Shown: positions 52,229-64,000 of the stretch, one piece after another
Numbering within the stretch: position 1 is the first letter of the stretch
Layout of the letters: each line of letters opens with the position of its first letter
NCBI GenBank assembly: GCA_043228905.1
Contig: JBHGNT010000007.1
Coordinates: 1,488,001-1,552,000, forward strand
Direction: 5' to 3'
DNA length: 64,000 bases
Origin: Azolla caroliniana
Taxonomy: Eukaryota; Plantae; Polypodiophyta
Translations under genes and position numbers: made by a program
The notes under the pieces: generated by a model
The model's input: only the letters and a program-made list of their open reading frames with translations
Told to the model about the DNA's origin: nothing
The model's database searches: none

Positions 52229-55167
52229 TGTATGTACGTACGTATGCGGCATATCATTTATTAATTAATGACAAAATTTTGTCTCTCTATATCTTTTCAA
52301 TGTCTTTTTGGACAACCATACTCCACTTCGTGTGATTTTGTTGGTCGGTTTGTTCATCTCTTTAGTGAATCATGTACAAACATAAGTGAGCAATAGCCTG
52401 GCCTTGGTCTCTTTAGATCGATCCTTATGTTGATCTTGATGAAGAATGATATTCTAGAAATGAAATGGTGATTGGTTTGGTCTCTATATTGGCTCTCTCA
52501 CCTTGATTTCTTATAAACATCTCAAGATCCATCTTTGGGTTATTGTGCGACGATGAAGAATTGACAAAAAAACATAGTGATTAATTTCACCATCACAATT
52601 GTAAAAAAAACATAATGATTAATTTGGTCTGCCTACATCATTTTGGATGGTCTACTATTTGTATGTCCCTCTTGAGTAATGTCTGGTAACCTCTGGTTGG
52701 TTGACCATCATGTGTTTATTGGTTACAAATGTAACAGAATTGTTTCTACCCCAAACCTCCATTGGGTTTCTTTCGTTGTGGAGGACAAGATGCATTCTTT
52801 TTCCTTCTATTGGTCGATCAAGACAATGGCAAAAGTAAACATTTATTCAAGTAGTAATGCATATTCATCAATTTTTCTAGCAATTATTCATGGACAAATA
52901 TCTATATGTAAGGTAACTTGTTCTTCAAAAGCTCATAGTTTAGAGGTATTTATATCCCCAATTTGAAAAAGTATAGGTCATTTTTGGAAACTCAATTGCA
53001 GATCATAGACAACCAATCTCAGGTTTACTTGTGGAACTTGTTCTTGTTTTGACATTGTAAGTTTAACCACACAAAAATATATGATTGAGAAATGTTTTGC
53101 CCATATATATGCTAGAGAATTAATAGAATTGTATGAGTAGAGGTGTTTAACATGAGAATTTCAAAAGACTTTAAGAGTGGACATGCGTGTCGAATGTCAA
53201 TTCTCAACCATATATATAATAGTTGCTCAATAGTATATGTGTCTGCCAAATAACCCTCAACTTTGCATATTGGCATGTATTCATAGGCAAACACCCATAT
53301 CTAATGATGGATCTTTCCAAAGGTGGCCAAATTATACCAATACTATCGATATTTTAAGTAGCAAAATGTTTTCCTTTATAAGAGTGATGTTCTCTAGCTA
53401 TAATAAAGGAGCAAACATACTTTCAACTTATCATTATTACGTCATAAATGAAACCCTTATTTCTATTAGTTATTTTGCATTATCATGTTGAGTTCCCTTA
53501 TTTGAGTTAAACAATGGAAATGCCTATGCAACATAGCTGAAGAACTATTGGTCGGAGGAAACAATTGCGTATATCGAATCATTAGTGAAAAGTAAATAAA
53601 ATCTCCCCATGAATCTAAAGTAGGCACACATGCATAACCTCTATCATATTTGAAAAGAATTTTGAGGAGAGCTTTTAGGCAATTACAATTTTAGAGTGTG
53701 CAATACAATGTCCCTTCACATTAATGAGATCACTTGTTGTGTTTATGCTTGTTGGAAAACATTGCTCAAATCAACTAACTAGTAAATATAAATGTGAAAT
53801 TACATGAAATTGATAAATAAATGCAATGTGGTAGGCTGTCGTCAATGAATTTGGCAAATTGGCAAGAACTGATAATGAGACAACGCCAACATAACTTTGA
53901 GTCTCATTAGCGATGAAGCATTTCAAAAGTCATCATAGAGAACATCACACTGCATGATGAATTACTTTTGTACACATGACATGCAAAACTATATTGGCTG
54001 AGTTTTCATAGAGGCTTTTCATTTATAATATTCAAGTCATAATTACTCATGTTATTCTTCTGTCTTAACCTAACCTCAATTTCATGAGAATGATGAAAAA
54101 ACTACTAGTACTTGTTTGTTCCATTAGTCATTCAAGACAAACTGGTACATATACACGAAGGTATACGCATTACGTCTGTACTATTTTGAGGAAGGATAAC
54201 CTTGGAAGAAGATATTTTATTCTTTTAGAGGAAGTAATATTAGTTGAGTAAGTGTATTAACATTCTTACAGAGACAATGCGGCTTACAAGACAAAAGAAT
54301 ATGCCTAATGTGGCTTGTTTGCTTGGTCGAGCAATTAAATTTAACTTAGCCCAGAATTAACGATAAATATTACAAAACCCTTTCGATAAGATGTATCATA
54401 AACCTCAAAGACGCTTCTTCGGTAACTTCCAAACTGAGATACAACTCTTGCGCCATGTCCTTGATGGTTGGGAGAAACATTCACATTCCAACATTAAAGA
54501 TTCTTTATAAGGGTCCTTTGTTACTTGAGAATGTCATCGTCCTTTTGCAAACAACATGACAATTAAACGAGTACTCTAGATTGTGAGTCTTTCTCATCTA
54601 TAAAGCAACAATAATGAGTTGTCTAGCATTCTCTCTCTATCTCTCTCTCTCTCTCTTGGTGAAAACACGCAATTATATTAATAAATGTGTGTTAAAAACA
54701 CTACTTACAATGGGTGTCACAACTCACACCTTGTATCTTCACAAATTAGCACAACATGTAGGTCAAAGATGACCATCTTTGTTGTCCCAAAGTTCCAAGT
54801 TCTAATCCTCGGTAATAGAGTATCCACACTCATGTCTTGACCAACCCATATATTTCCAAACCTCCGCTATAGTTCATCATCACAATCATCCCTCTCTCCC
54901 ATTAATGCACATTTCTTTCTATATCTCTCTCCCCAAGTTAAAACACCATCATACAATGAAGTCGTGAAAACCATAGTTGTCGATTACTTCGAATATAATA
55001 CACATAGAATACGTATGCTGGGTAATGTAAAAGTATTCTACCTTCTTTTTTACATGTGTAGACTACATAAAATACATAGAGTATGTGTAGAATACATCAA
55101 ATACATAGAATACGTGGAATACTCTTGTAGAATACTTTCAAATAATTTAAAATGGAAGTTCTAAAAC

Positions 55168-55421
55168 AATGGAATATATGTAGAATACATACTTCGAGAG
55201 TATTCTAAAACATATTTTGAACATAAAATTCATGGAATATGTGTGGATTACATACCCTCATAGTATTCTAAAACGTATTTTGAACATAAAATTCATGGAA
55301 TATGCGTGGAATACATACCCCCATGGTATTCTAAACCGTATTTTGAACATAAAATTCATGGAATATGTGTGGAATACATACCCCTCCAAGTATTCTAAAA
55401 TGTATTTTGAACATAAAATTC
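55168..55421. repeat. 63-bp minisatellite (about 4 units) upstream of LOG
   Basis: gtattctaaa..tattttgaacataaaattc recurs at 55200, 55263, 55326 and 55390. Confidence 0.9.
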
Positions 55422-55933
55422 GGGTTTTGAGAACCCAGAGGCAATCATCCATGTCTTTCTTTGCTTTGCTATGCCCATGCAACCCAAAGGCATAGGGAAA
55501 GAGCGACTCCGAATAGCATGACCAAAACAAGCATTATGGTTGTGTCTCCTTTTTACCTTCTTTATATGTACATTCTCTCATTTAAAAGGACATTTTTTGG
55601 GCACCTCTACCCATGAGAACTCTTCTCTCACTCCCATGCATTCATTACATACACACACACACACACATTATTTACTTTGAGCTTTTTTTTTTTTTTTTTT
55701 GCTTGTCTTAGGAAAGAGAACTAGCTTTCTAAGCATTCACTAGAAATTTACAGTTAGCAAAGTTTGAAATTCGAGGAAGACCCCAACATTGTTTGCATAC
55801 TTCATGACTTGATCCCCGGCATTAAACAGTCATATCATATACATACATTCGATCTTTATTTGTTGGGGAGAATCCAAAGAAGTCATTATATATAATCAGT
55901 GGCTGGATTATAATAGGTTTTTAGCATCACTAG

Positions 55934-58805
55934 ATGGATCACCAACAATCGAGCTCGCGGTTTAAGAGGATATGTGTCTTTTGTGGAGCTTGTAGTGGGA
56001 GACGGAATGTTTACCAAGATGCGGCAATAGACCTCGGCAAAGAGATGGTATGAATAATACAAATGAGATTGTATAGATGTATATGTATATAAACACTTCT
56101 GGTTAATCTAATCTCAAAGCTCATTGATTGAATGTTGGTAGTTTAAATCTATCCTAATGTGCTCATTAAGTGATTATTACTGCTACTTATATGCATTAAT
56201 CTACCTTTTGGTCTATTACTTCTAAATTCTTGGATGCTACATAAAAAACTCAATGCTCGCTTATCCATCTAATTCTACTAGCGTTTAATCTCTAGTTGCA
56301 TTTCCTCGTGTATGTATCTATAAAAATTTCTAGTTAGTCGAATCTCAAGTGCTCATTAATTGAATGTTGCTGATTAACAATCACTTAATGAGTACATTAG
56401 GATAGATTTAAGCTAGCACATTCGATCAATGAGTAGTTGTGATTAGATCAACTGGAAATGCTTATATGATAAGATAAATTTTGCCTAGCATTGCAATTTT
56501 TTTCTCAACATTCATGTGTTAACCTTATGGCCGTCTTATCAACATTAGAACACAATTGCAACGTCAAGTAATCCATTCAATACCACATTCTTGTAGATCA
56601 AATGCAACTCGGGAAATTAAACATAGATTCTATCTTTTGTAAAGATGATTGGGTTAAGGTAGTAACGGACTTAATTAAGATGACTCAATTGGTTCATTGC
56701 ATCAAGCATATTGTGGAACAAAGTTTGGAATGTCACCTACCAACAATAACATCATCATCTTGAACAATGTTTGCATTGGGATGAAAGATTTACATGTTTT
56801 TGTATATGTGGGTGTATTCGAATTATATACGGTAGGTGAAGCGGAGTATCGACCTCGTGTACGGGGGCGGGAGCGTGGGATTGATGGGTCTCATCTCAAA
56901 AGAGGTTCATGATGGAGGAAGGCATGTGCTAGGGTGAGTTTTGAAAAACAAATGTCCAATAAATATTAAACACATACACACACACACACCCACAATCTCT
57001 TTACATTTTTGTTGTTCTTTCAAATGCCAAGCTTCCATTTAATTGTGACTAGAAACATGCCAAGTGATGAGATTATGTAATACCTTTCTTTGATGTTTGT
57101 GGGAGCAGGGTGATCCCGAGGACTCTAATGCCGACCGAGGTGTGGTTCAATCATCCTCTTTTCAAGTCCTTAAATGTTTTTTTAACCCCTCTCATATTCT
57201 TTTAGTCAATTTATTTTTGAAATGTCTAGTAAACACATTGTGATGGATTTGTTTGTTCTCTTGTATTTTTCCAAGATAAAGTTTTTCGAAGTTTCCAATG
57301 TTTGAATGATATTGTAGATAACTGGTAAGACTGTAGGGGAAGTAAAGGCTGTTGCCGACATGCACCAAAGGAAAGCTGAGATGGCTCGCCAAGCTGATGC
57401 CTTCATTGCCCTCCCTGGTACATGTATACTCTTTGTTGAGATCAAATCTCACAACTTGGCTTCCATGTTTTTGTGTCGACAAGATGTTTAATGTAACATA
57501 AAATGACATACATACACCCACATTGGTACGTATTCATATATAATATATGTATGCATGCTATACACAAGTTTATATTTGTGTGTATGTGAGCATTAAAAGT
57601 GACTCCAACCAATCTCACTCATTGAGTTACAACATCAAGTAAGAGAAGATGCGAATACAATGTACATTCCAATATTTAATGACATACAAACAAAGAAACG
57701 TAGATAGTGTCTAGATGTAATAATCCTCCAAAATTTGAAAGCTACCAAAAAATATTCAAGGATACATCCCCACATGATGTGTGCAATTTGAAGAACATTT
57801 ATGCAACAAACTTAAAAATGTACTTTGTTTTGTGAATATCTAGGTGGATATGGAACTTTAGAGGAGCTCATGGAGATGATAACATGGTCTCAACTTGGCA
57901 TACACGATAAACCGGTAAATGATAAGAAAATTATGTCAAATACAACGGCATTGGTATTTAAATGAAAAGGAAAACAAAAGAAGAGAATTCACGTGAAGAA
58001 TTTAATGAACTTCATGAATCTTAGGTGGGACTCTTAAATGTGGATGGATACTATAACTCTCTACTAGCACTTATCGACAATGCAGTCGTGGAAGGATTCA
58101 TTAAACCAGCTGCAAGGCATATCTTTGTGGCTGCACCGAATGCAAGAGAGCTCCTCCTTCGGCTCGAAGTAAGTGTTCATTTTATTTTAGCGTTGCCTAA
58201 GAACCCTTGGGTCATAGAGAGTGATTCGTGAAGCCATTATTATTATATGTTTGCACGTCAATAAGGGATCCATTTTAGCTCAAGACTTAAACCCACAACT
58301 GTATGCTGCAAACATGGATTTCATCCCTACAACATCATAGACTCAAAGTAAACCTCATTGAACCTATCTTGGCAACACATTGTTTGCTTAATTTGGCAAG
58401 GATGCCTAACTTCATTGTATGTTTGTTATGCTGATGCTTTAGCATGTAGTGGTCAAATCTAGCATTGTTCTTAGAGCCACCCATTGATTTTCCACCTCTA
58501 ATACTTCATGGTTTAGTATTAGTTGGGTGTTGGGTTTAGTTTCTATCGTCATCATCAACCATATTTTGTTAGTTATTTGAGTATGTGTGAGTTCACAAAA
58601 AATTTGTCCAACGATAAACTCCAAAAACTGAAAGCCTAGAAACTAAATCCAAGAATTAGTTTTAAGATTCAAAATTTATTTTTCATTCCACATGTAATGA
58701 CTTTAGTGTCTACATATGTCTGTGCAGGAGTACACCCCAATGCATGATAAAGTGGCATCACAACACAGTTGGGAGATGGAACAAAGAGAGAGAACTTGGG
58801 CATAA
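55934..58805 (+). CDS. LOG: Cytokinin riboside 5'-monophosphate phosphoribohydrolase (LONELY GUY)
   Basis: 7 exons: 55934-56047, 56836-56933, 57109-57139, 57318-57417, 57844-57913, 58025-58168, 58728-58805. Motifs [41 protein letters not shown] and GLLNVDGYY. Confidence 0.96.
56088..56466. mobile_element. MITE / foldback element with about 90-bp terminal inverted repeats in LOG intron 1
   Basis: ttctggttaatctaatctc...gctcattaagtgatt (56098-56176) is the reverse complement, with few mismatches, of aatcacttaatgag...gatcaactggaa (56379-56458). Flanks are TA-rich. Confidence 0.8.
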
Positions 58806-59960
58806 CACATAGGCCTATACACATGAGTTTTCAAAAACACTAACATATCCATTTTTCAAAAAGTATAAATGAGGAGAGAGAAACTACTCTCTTATGTTTG
58901 CATATTTTGTATGTTTTTCTGTGTTTAAAGCTCAGACACACACTCTTTGTGTGTGTACATAATTTTGTATCTACTTCAAAAGAAATCAGCATTTTAAACT
59001 TGACTACAAACTATTTACACCTACATTTTGAAGGACAATGATTTTGTATCAAATTAACATTGGGTATGAATACCTCATAACAACTTGGATTATAGTGCAC
59101 AATTTATGAATGCCTCATAATTTATGCCATGAACAAAAATTAACAAGTGATTATGACAGTGAAACATATCTAATACCCATTACTCAAGACTAAATGTACA
59201 ACCTTAAGGTTGGATTGTAAAAATTATATCATCATGTTTACATATAAAAAAATGTTGATACGGTAAATAAATAAGAACGAAGGAAAACTACAATTTTCCT
59301 GCATAATATAAAACTTATGCAATACAAGAATGAGGGCAACACCTGCACTCTCAGAAAATGTTGTGGTAAGAATGAGGAAAACTCTGAATCGCCCCCATTA
59401 AATAAAACTTAGGAAACACAAATATAGAATGAGGGAAACAGCTGTGTTCTCATAAGTTTATTAACTTACTGCTTTCTACTTCCGAAATATGGATTTTTAT
59501 TGTTTAAAACAAGTAGATTCTCACTTTCCACAAATACCGAGTTAACATAACAAAACTGAAACGGTAATACAACGAGCTTCATAAACACAAAGAAAGGAGT
59601 ATTAGGGTTGCTCAATTAGCTGATCAATAGGTATCAAATTTCATGTTAAAAAAGCAAGGAAATTTACCATACGAATTTATCTCAAACAAATAACAAATGA
59701 ACACCTTACCCTGTATAGTTAAAAAGATACCAATCAACAGTTTTATCAACATTACCAACCCTGATACAAAACGTTCTATACTTCTATTACAGCACCTCCA
59801 TTTATCCAATATTGATTTCTGTGATTTAGTGACAGGACTCAAGGCCTTGTTAAAAGTCAGAACACATTTTTTGTTTCTAAAACCAAGTAAAGTTATACCT
59901 CTTATTCTCCCTTAATATCTACAAGTTCCAAGACATTCATATCAAAAACTCATGAAATCA

Positions 59961-62900
59961 CTATAAGAAATGCTTATGCAAAGCTTTATCATCCTCATCA
60001 ACATTGCCGTTCTTTTTCTGCTTCACTACAATGAGAGGGCAAGGACTATGATGTGCAAGATAACCACTGACACTTCCAAGAAATGTTCTGTCATTATCCA
60101 AATGTAACAATAAAGCCATGTCAAGAAACATTCATTAATTCATTGCATGTACAAGAGTTCACACAATGATAGATTTAAAAATCACAAGTATCTCACCTGG
60201 CAATAGCACCCTTTTCATGAGTGCCCACGACTACAGCATCAGCATTTAATGCAGAAAGTCCCTCACTCACCTTGGATTCTGTTTCTCCTGTTACAACCAT
60301 TCCTTCACATGCAACCTAAAACAATGTAACGAATTCAAATATTAACATTGATAAGATTGTGTGTACGTATATGTATCTAGGCACATTCCAAAAAAGTCAT
60401 TTACAAGTGTTAGAAGTTCTATAGCAAAATGTTTGTGAGGTGACACCCAACACAACCATGGAATCCTATATTTGGAAAAGCATGAGCTTTAACATTGTAA
60501 ATTGAAGTACATTAAATCTTTATGCTTAGGATAAAAACGCTAATATCCCACTAGTATTATGCATATTTAATGTGATATCCCTCGCATTTTTACATTTACC
60601 AGAAAACCCTTTGTTTATTACCATTTAGGCATCAAGTTTAATCAGGCTTAATCAGCTATGGAGTCTAAAATTTGTATGACCATTTCATGCATAACAACAA
60701 CTAGATAAATGAAGTTGGTTGCATCTTGTATTACATTCATATAAATAGATATAAAAAATACTTAGATCATCATATATGGTATTAGAAATCAGTCCAGTGA
60801 GATGATGTTTGAAGTTCCTGTGTTTATAGGGTGCAGGAAAATCAAGCGTTCTTTTAAGGGTAATTTAGCAAATTGCTGCTCCAGTCTTCATACTTCATAA
60901 AATGCCACTCAAGATCTTACCAGATTCTCATGATGGCACAATAAAAAATGCCACTGTAAGGAAACTAATTGTTTTCAATAATCGGTGAAGCTATTTTTGA
61001 CAATAGGGCATTTCGAAATATCATAAACTGATGTGCCATTTCAATAAATTGCCTTTGTTTTTTAATCTTCTCTGGCTGTCAATGAGTTTTCTGCTGTGTC
61101 CAAGGGATTTCTAATTGCATTGTTTCAAAAGAAATACAGCTTTTATATAATCTCAAAATCTGGGGGCAATAAGGGAATATACACATAATAGAAGAAATTT
61201 ATCCCACTTTATGTAGAACGAACACATAATACATGCAAAATTGTGGAATTGCTCTATCTGTAATGCCATAAATGTTTCAACAAGCCTTTGACTACCTGTA
61301 AGAGCTTTCACGTCTAACTCATGAATTTTCATTATGGAGCGAGTATAAATTGTTAGCTATAATCAATGATCAACCGCATATTGTCAGTTGATCCCCACAT
61401 GTATTCTTAGAGTGCACATTTTGTGATAACAACCCAAATAAGGAGTCGCTATTGTGCAACCCGACCATATGAGTCGATGCAATGTCAATGCAGGAAACTG
61501 TAGATGAGTAGGACAGAATGTATTATGAAAGAGAAAAGTGGGGTAATAGGATTGACTAGCCAGGCAGACTAGAAGAATATTCTCTGTTTACAAGTTAAGA
61601 TGTACTTAGACTTGAAGTATGTGCCATTGACTTTAAGTTAAGCACTAGCCTGTATCTAGGGAGCTAGGTCATATTAAATGACTAGTCAGTTGATAGTAGT
61701 GGGATATTAAATGACAAGTCAGTTGACAGAAAAGGAATATCCCCACTACTATCAACTGACTTGCACATTATGTGACACTGAGACAAAACAAAGAATATAA
61801 ACATCCACTCTCTTTCTCACACTGGCCGTCACTATTATCTGTGTCCACTTTGTAGTCAACTAGTCCAGATCCCATCTAAGCTCTAAGGTATGAGCGCATG
61901 GGAGGACAACCATAGTGAGCTACTCTCATATGTAATAGAAAGTTTGGGTTCACATATACATCTCTGTGAGTGTAACTCAATATGCCTACCTAGTCGATTC
62001 ACAATATTTCTAACACAAATCATCTATGGAAATACGACTTCGTAATCGTCTCATATATATGCAAGAATGGGAGGTAAAGGATACACAATGCAAGGATTCA
62101 TCCCACTTCATGTAAATGAAGACAAATAAAACAGAAATATTCTGCTAGTTCACATAGAATACCTTGCTCTCCTCAGCTATATATGCCATAAACTTTTCGA
62201 CTAGTTTTTCACTATCTGTAAGAGCTTTCACCTCTATCTCGTCACTTTCATCAGGGGGCAGGTACACTTCATCTAATCCAAATTCACCTGCAGAGTAAAC
62301 ATTAATAGCTTCACAATTTTTTGCTTCTGTGACATTATAAGGTTCAAACAGCATTAAAACATTAGAATGTTCAAACTTTTGATCTGTGCCATATACTACA
62401 TACATAGATTGACATTTGTATTCATGGGGTTTCCCATTCGAATTCAAACGAATACGAATACGAATGCATGGTCAAGTATTCGTTTGACAAAAAAAAAGAG
62501 TACATTAACTCCCTCCTTTTTAGTTTCCTAGGATATAAAAAAAGGAACTTGACAATAAAAAGCATAAATGTAGAAGTATTCGTTTTATTTTTAATAAATA
62601 AATAAAATAAAATAAAGGTTCATTAATTCCTCACTTTTTCTCTCCTAAAATTTATGGATATTTTTATCTGACAATCAAAATGGGACTTCACACTAATCAT
62701 ACATATTTCTATAATAAATATATAAACATTCATTTTTTTTAAAATAAATGAATTAAAATAAAGGTTCATAAACTGCCCCCTTTTTTATTTGACGCTAGTG
62801 ATAAAGGAGAGTTAATACTAATCATATTTTTATAATCTATTAATGAATGATTGTTCTTTTTTAGTGAATTAAATTTATTTATTTTTTAAATAATTAATTA

Positions 62901-64000
62901 ATTAATTTTTTGTATATTTATTTTGCAAAACGAATGGTTTTATAATATTCTTAGGGCCATTTCGTATTTTCGAATATTGAGAATATCACAAATATCACGC
63001 ATGTGTCAATCTATGATTACATATATATGTATATAAAGAAATAAAAATACTCTTCGATAACATGTTGAAATAGTTAGATTCTGACCTGTTCCTCCAGATG
63101 TTACAGATGGTATGGTAGAATTGCGCACATGGTAGATTATAATTTTGTCTGTATCTCTACAAAAGTTTCGTAGAGACCATGCAACTGCACGCACAGCCTA
63201 TTTAACAAATAAAAAAGGAACCCTTTTGTTGCTAAACATATAAATGATCATTCTATGAACACTAAGTGCCTAAAGCAAAAAGGATCATTACCTCTTTGCC
63301 TAAATCAATATATAAAAAAACTTTCTTCACCTAAATCAATATTAAAGGATGACTTGTCCCACGACAATATATAGAAAAAATCTCTTTGCCTAAATTAAAT
63401 AGGACAATTCATCTTTCTTGTAGAGTGAATCCGAGGGTAAACTGACCTCCTTAGAATCATCGATGGCTATAACAACCTTTCGAGATGGCTTCGGCAACAA
63501 TAGAGCATCTTCTGGAAGCCTTACAATGATCACTGGGCAGTGTACATTGTGCAGCACATCGTCGCCTACACTTCCAAGTAGCGTTCTGCAATGTACCGCA
63601 GAATGACATACAACATATAAAGCTTCATCATAGACAATAATATAAATTTCACTGAATCTATATATCATTTATCAACATTATACATTTCGATTAGAGCCTA
63701 ATTTGTTATAGCAAACAAGCAATACGAAATTAAATTGTAAGGTTTAATATAAAGTATGCTATGACAAATCTAATATAAGGGCTTATGATTTACGAATTAA
63801 CTTATTAAACACAAATGGGGCATGTGCAAACTGTTAAATGCATTTAGGGTTTACAAAACTCGATAGGCAAACTACCCATGAGAACCTATTATAGGCCATG
63901 TGAAATCTATTATAAGAAGAAATGATATTTGCAATACAGAAAGCTCTCTGAATATATGTATATAAGACCTTTTGATGAAACCAGCCTGGCTACTGCCCAC
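59961..64000 (-). CDS. Universal stress protein with two tandem USP domains; 5' part outside the window
   Basis: Exons: 64000-63969, 63585-63447, 63197-63086, 62287-62163, 60315-60197, 60087-59961. Domain 1 ends VGSSQAGFIKRTLLGSVGDDVLHNVHCPVIIVR. Domain 2 runs RKVVIAIDDSKEAVRAVAW...VVVGTHEKGAIARTFLGSVSGYLAHHSPCPLIVVK. Confidence 0.92.
61351..62015 (+). mobile_element. Solo LTR (665 bp) in a USP intron
   Basis: Perfect inverted termini TGTTAG...CTAACA; flanks TAAAT / CAAAT (5-bp TSD, 1 mismatch); TATAAA near 61796. Confidence 0.75.
62423..62990. mobile_element. Degenerate MITE-like element with CGAATA/TATTCG subterminal motifs in a USP intron
   Basis: Clusters of cgaata/attcg at both ends of an AT-rich core; TIR and TSD not resolved. 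Confidence 0.4.

Noticed and set aside
52040-52560. Possible conserved miRNA precursor (miR171/miR156-like words)
   Set aside because: No full mature miRNA match and no extended foldback found.
55168-55421. 63-bp periodic repeat as a possible CRISPR array
   Set aside because: Whole units are near-identical with no unique spacers, there are no cas genes and the context is eukaryotic. It is a minisatellite.

Overview
AT-rich, intron-containing land-plant nuclear DNA. It is probably a fern or other seedless vascular plant, an inference from the style of a PPR relic and the SSR richness. Nothing prokaryotic, no CRISPR array and no intact rRNA or tRNA gene is visible. Eight host genes can be spliced by hand: galactokinase (-, runs off the left edge), ribosomal protein eL42/L44 (-), an LCAT4-like phospholipase A (-), a synaptotagmin (+), an LPR1/CotA-type multicopper oxidase (+), an intronless DUF1677 protein with a very long low-complexity N-terminus (+), a LONELY GUY cytokinin-activating enzyme (+), and a tandem two-domain USP (-, runs off the right edge). 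Mobile DNA comprises one complete but dead Ty1/copia element (LTRs, PBS, PPT, ATTAC TSD), four solo LTRs with recognisable TSDs (one nested in the copia gag and carrying a tRNA-like segment), several MITE-like elements, and a fused PPR + SAC1/FIG4 pseudogene relic. The most unusual signals are a perfect (TTAGGG)5 tract translated inside the DUF1677 ORF, the tRNA-like cassette in a solo LTR, the chimeric gene-fragment relic, apparent loss of the LPR1 iron-binding residues, GC-AG introns in two adjacent genes, and intron evidence for internal duplication of the USP. I see no clear evidence of a wholly new multi-gene system. Coordinates were counted by hand and may be off by a base or two.
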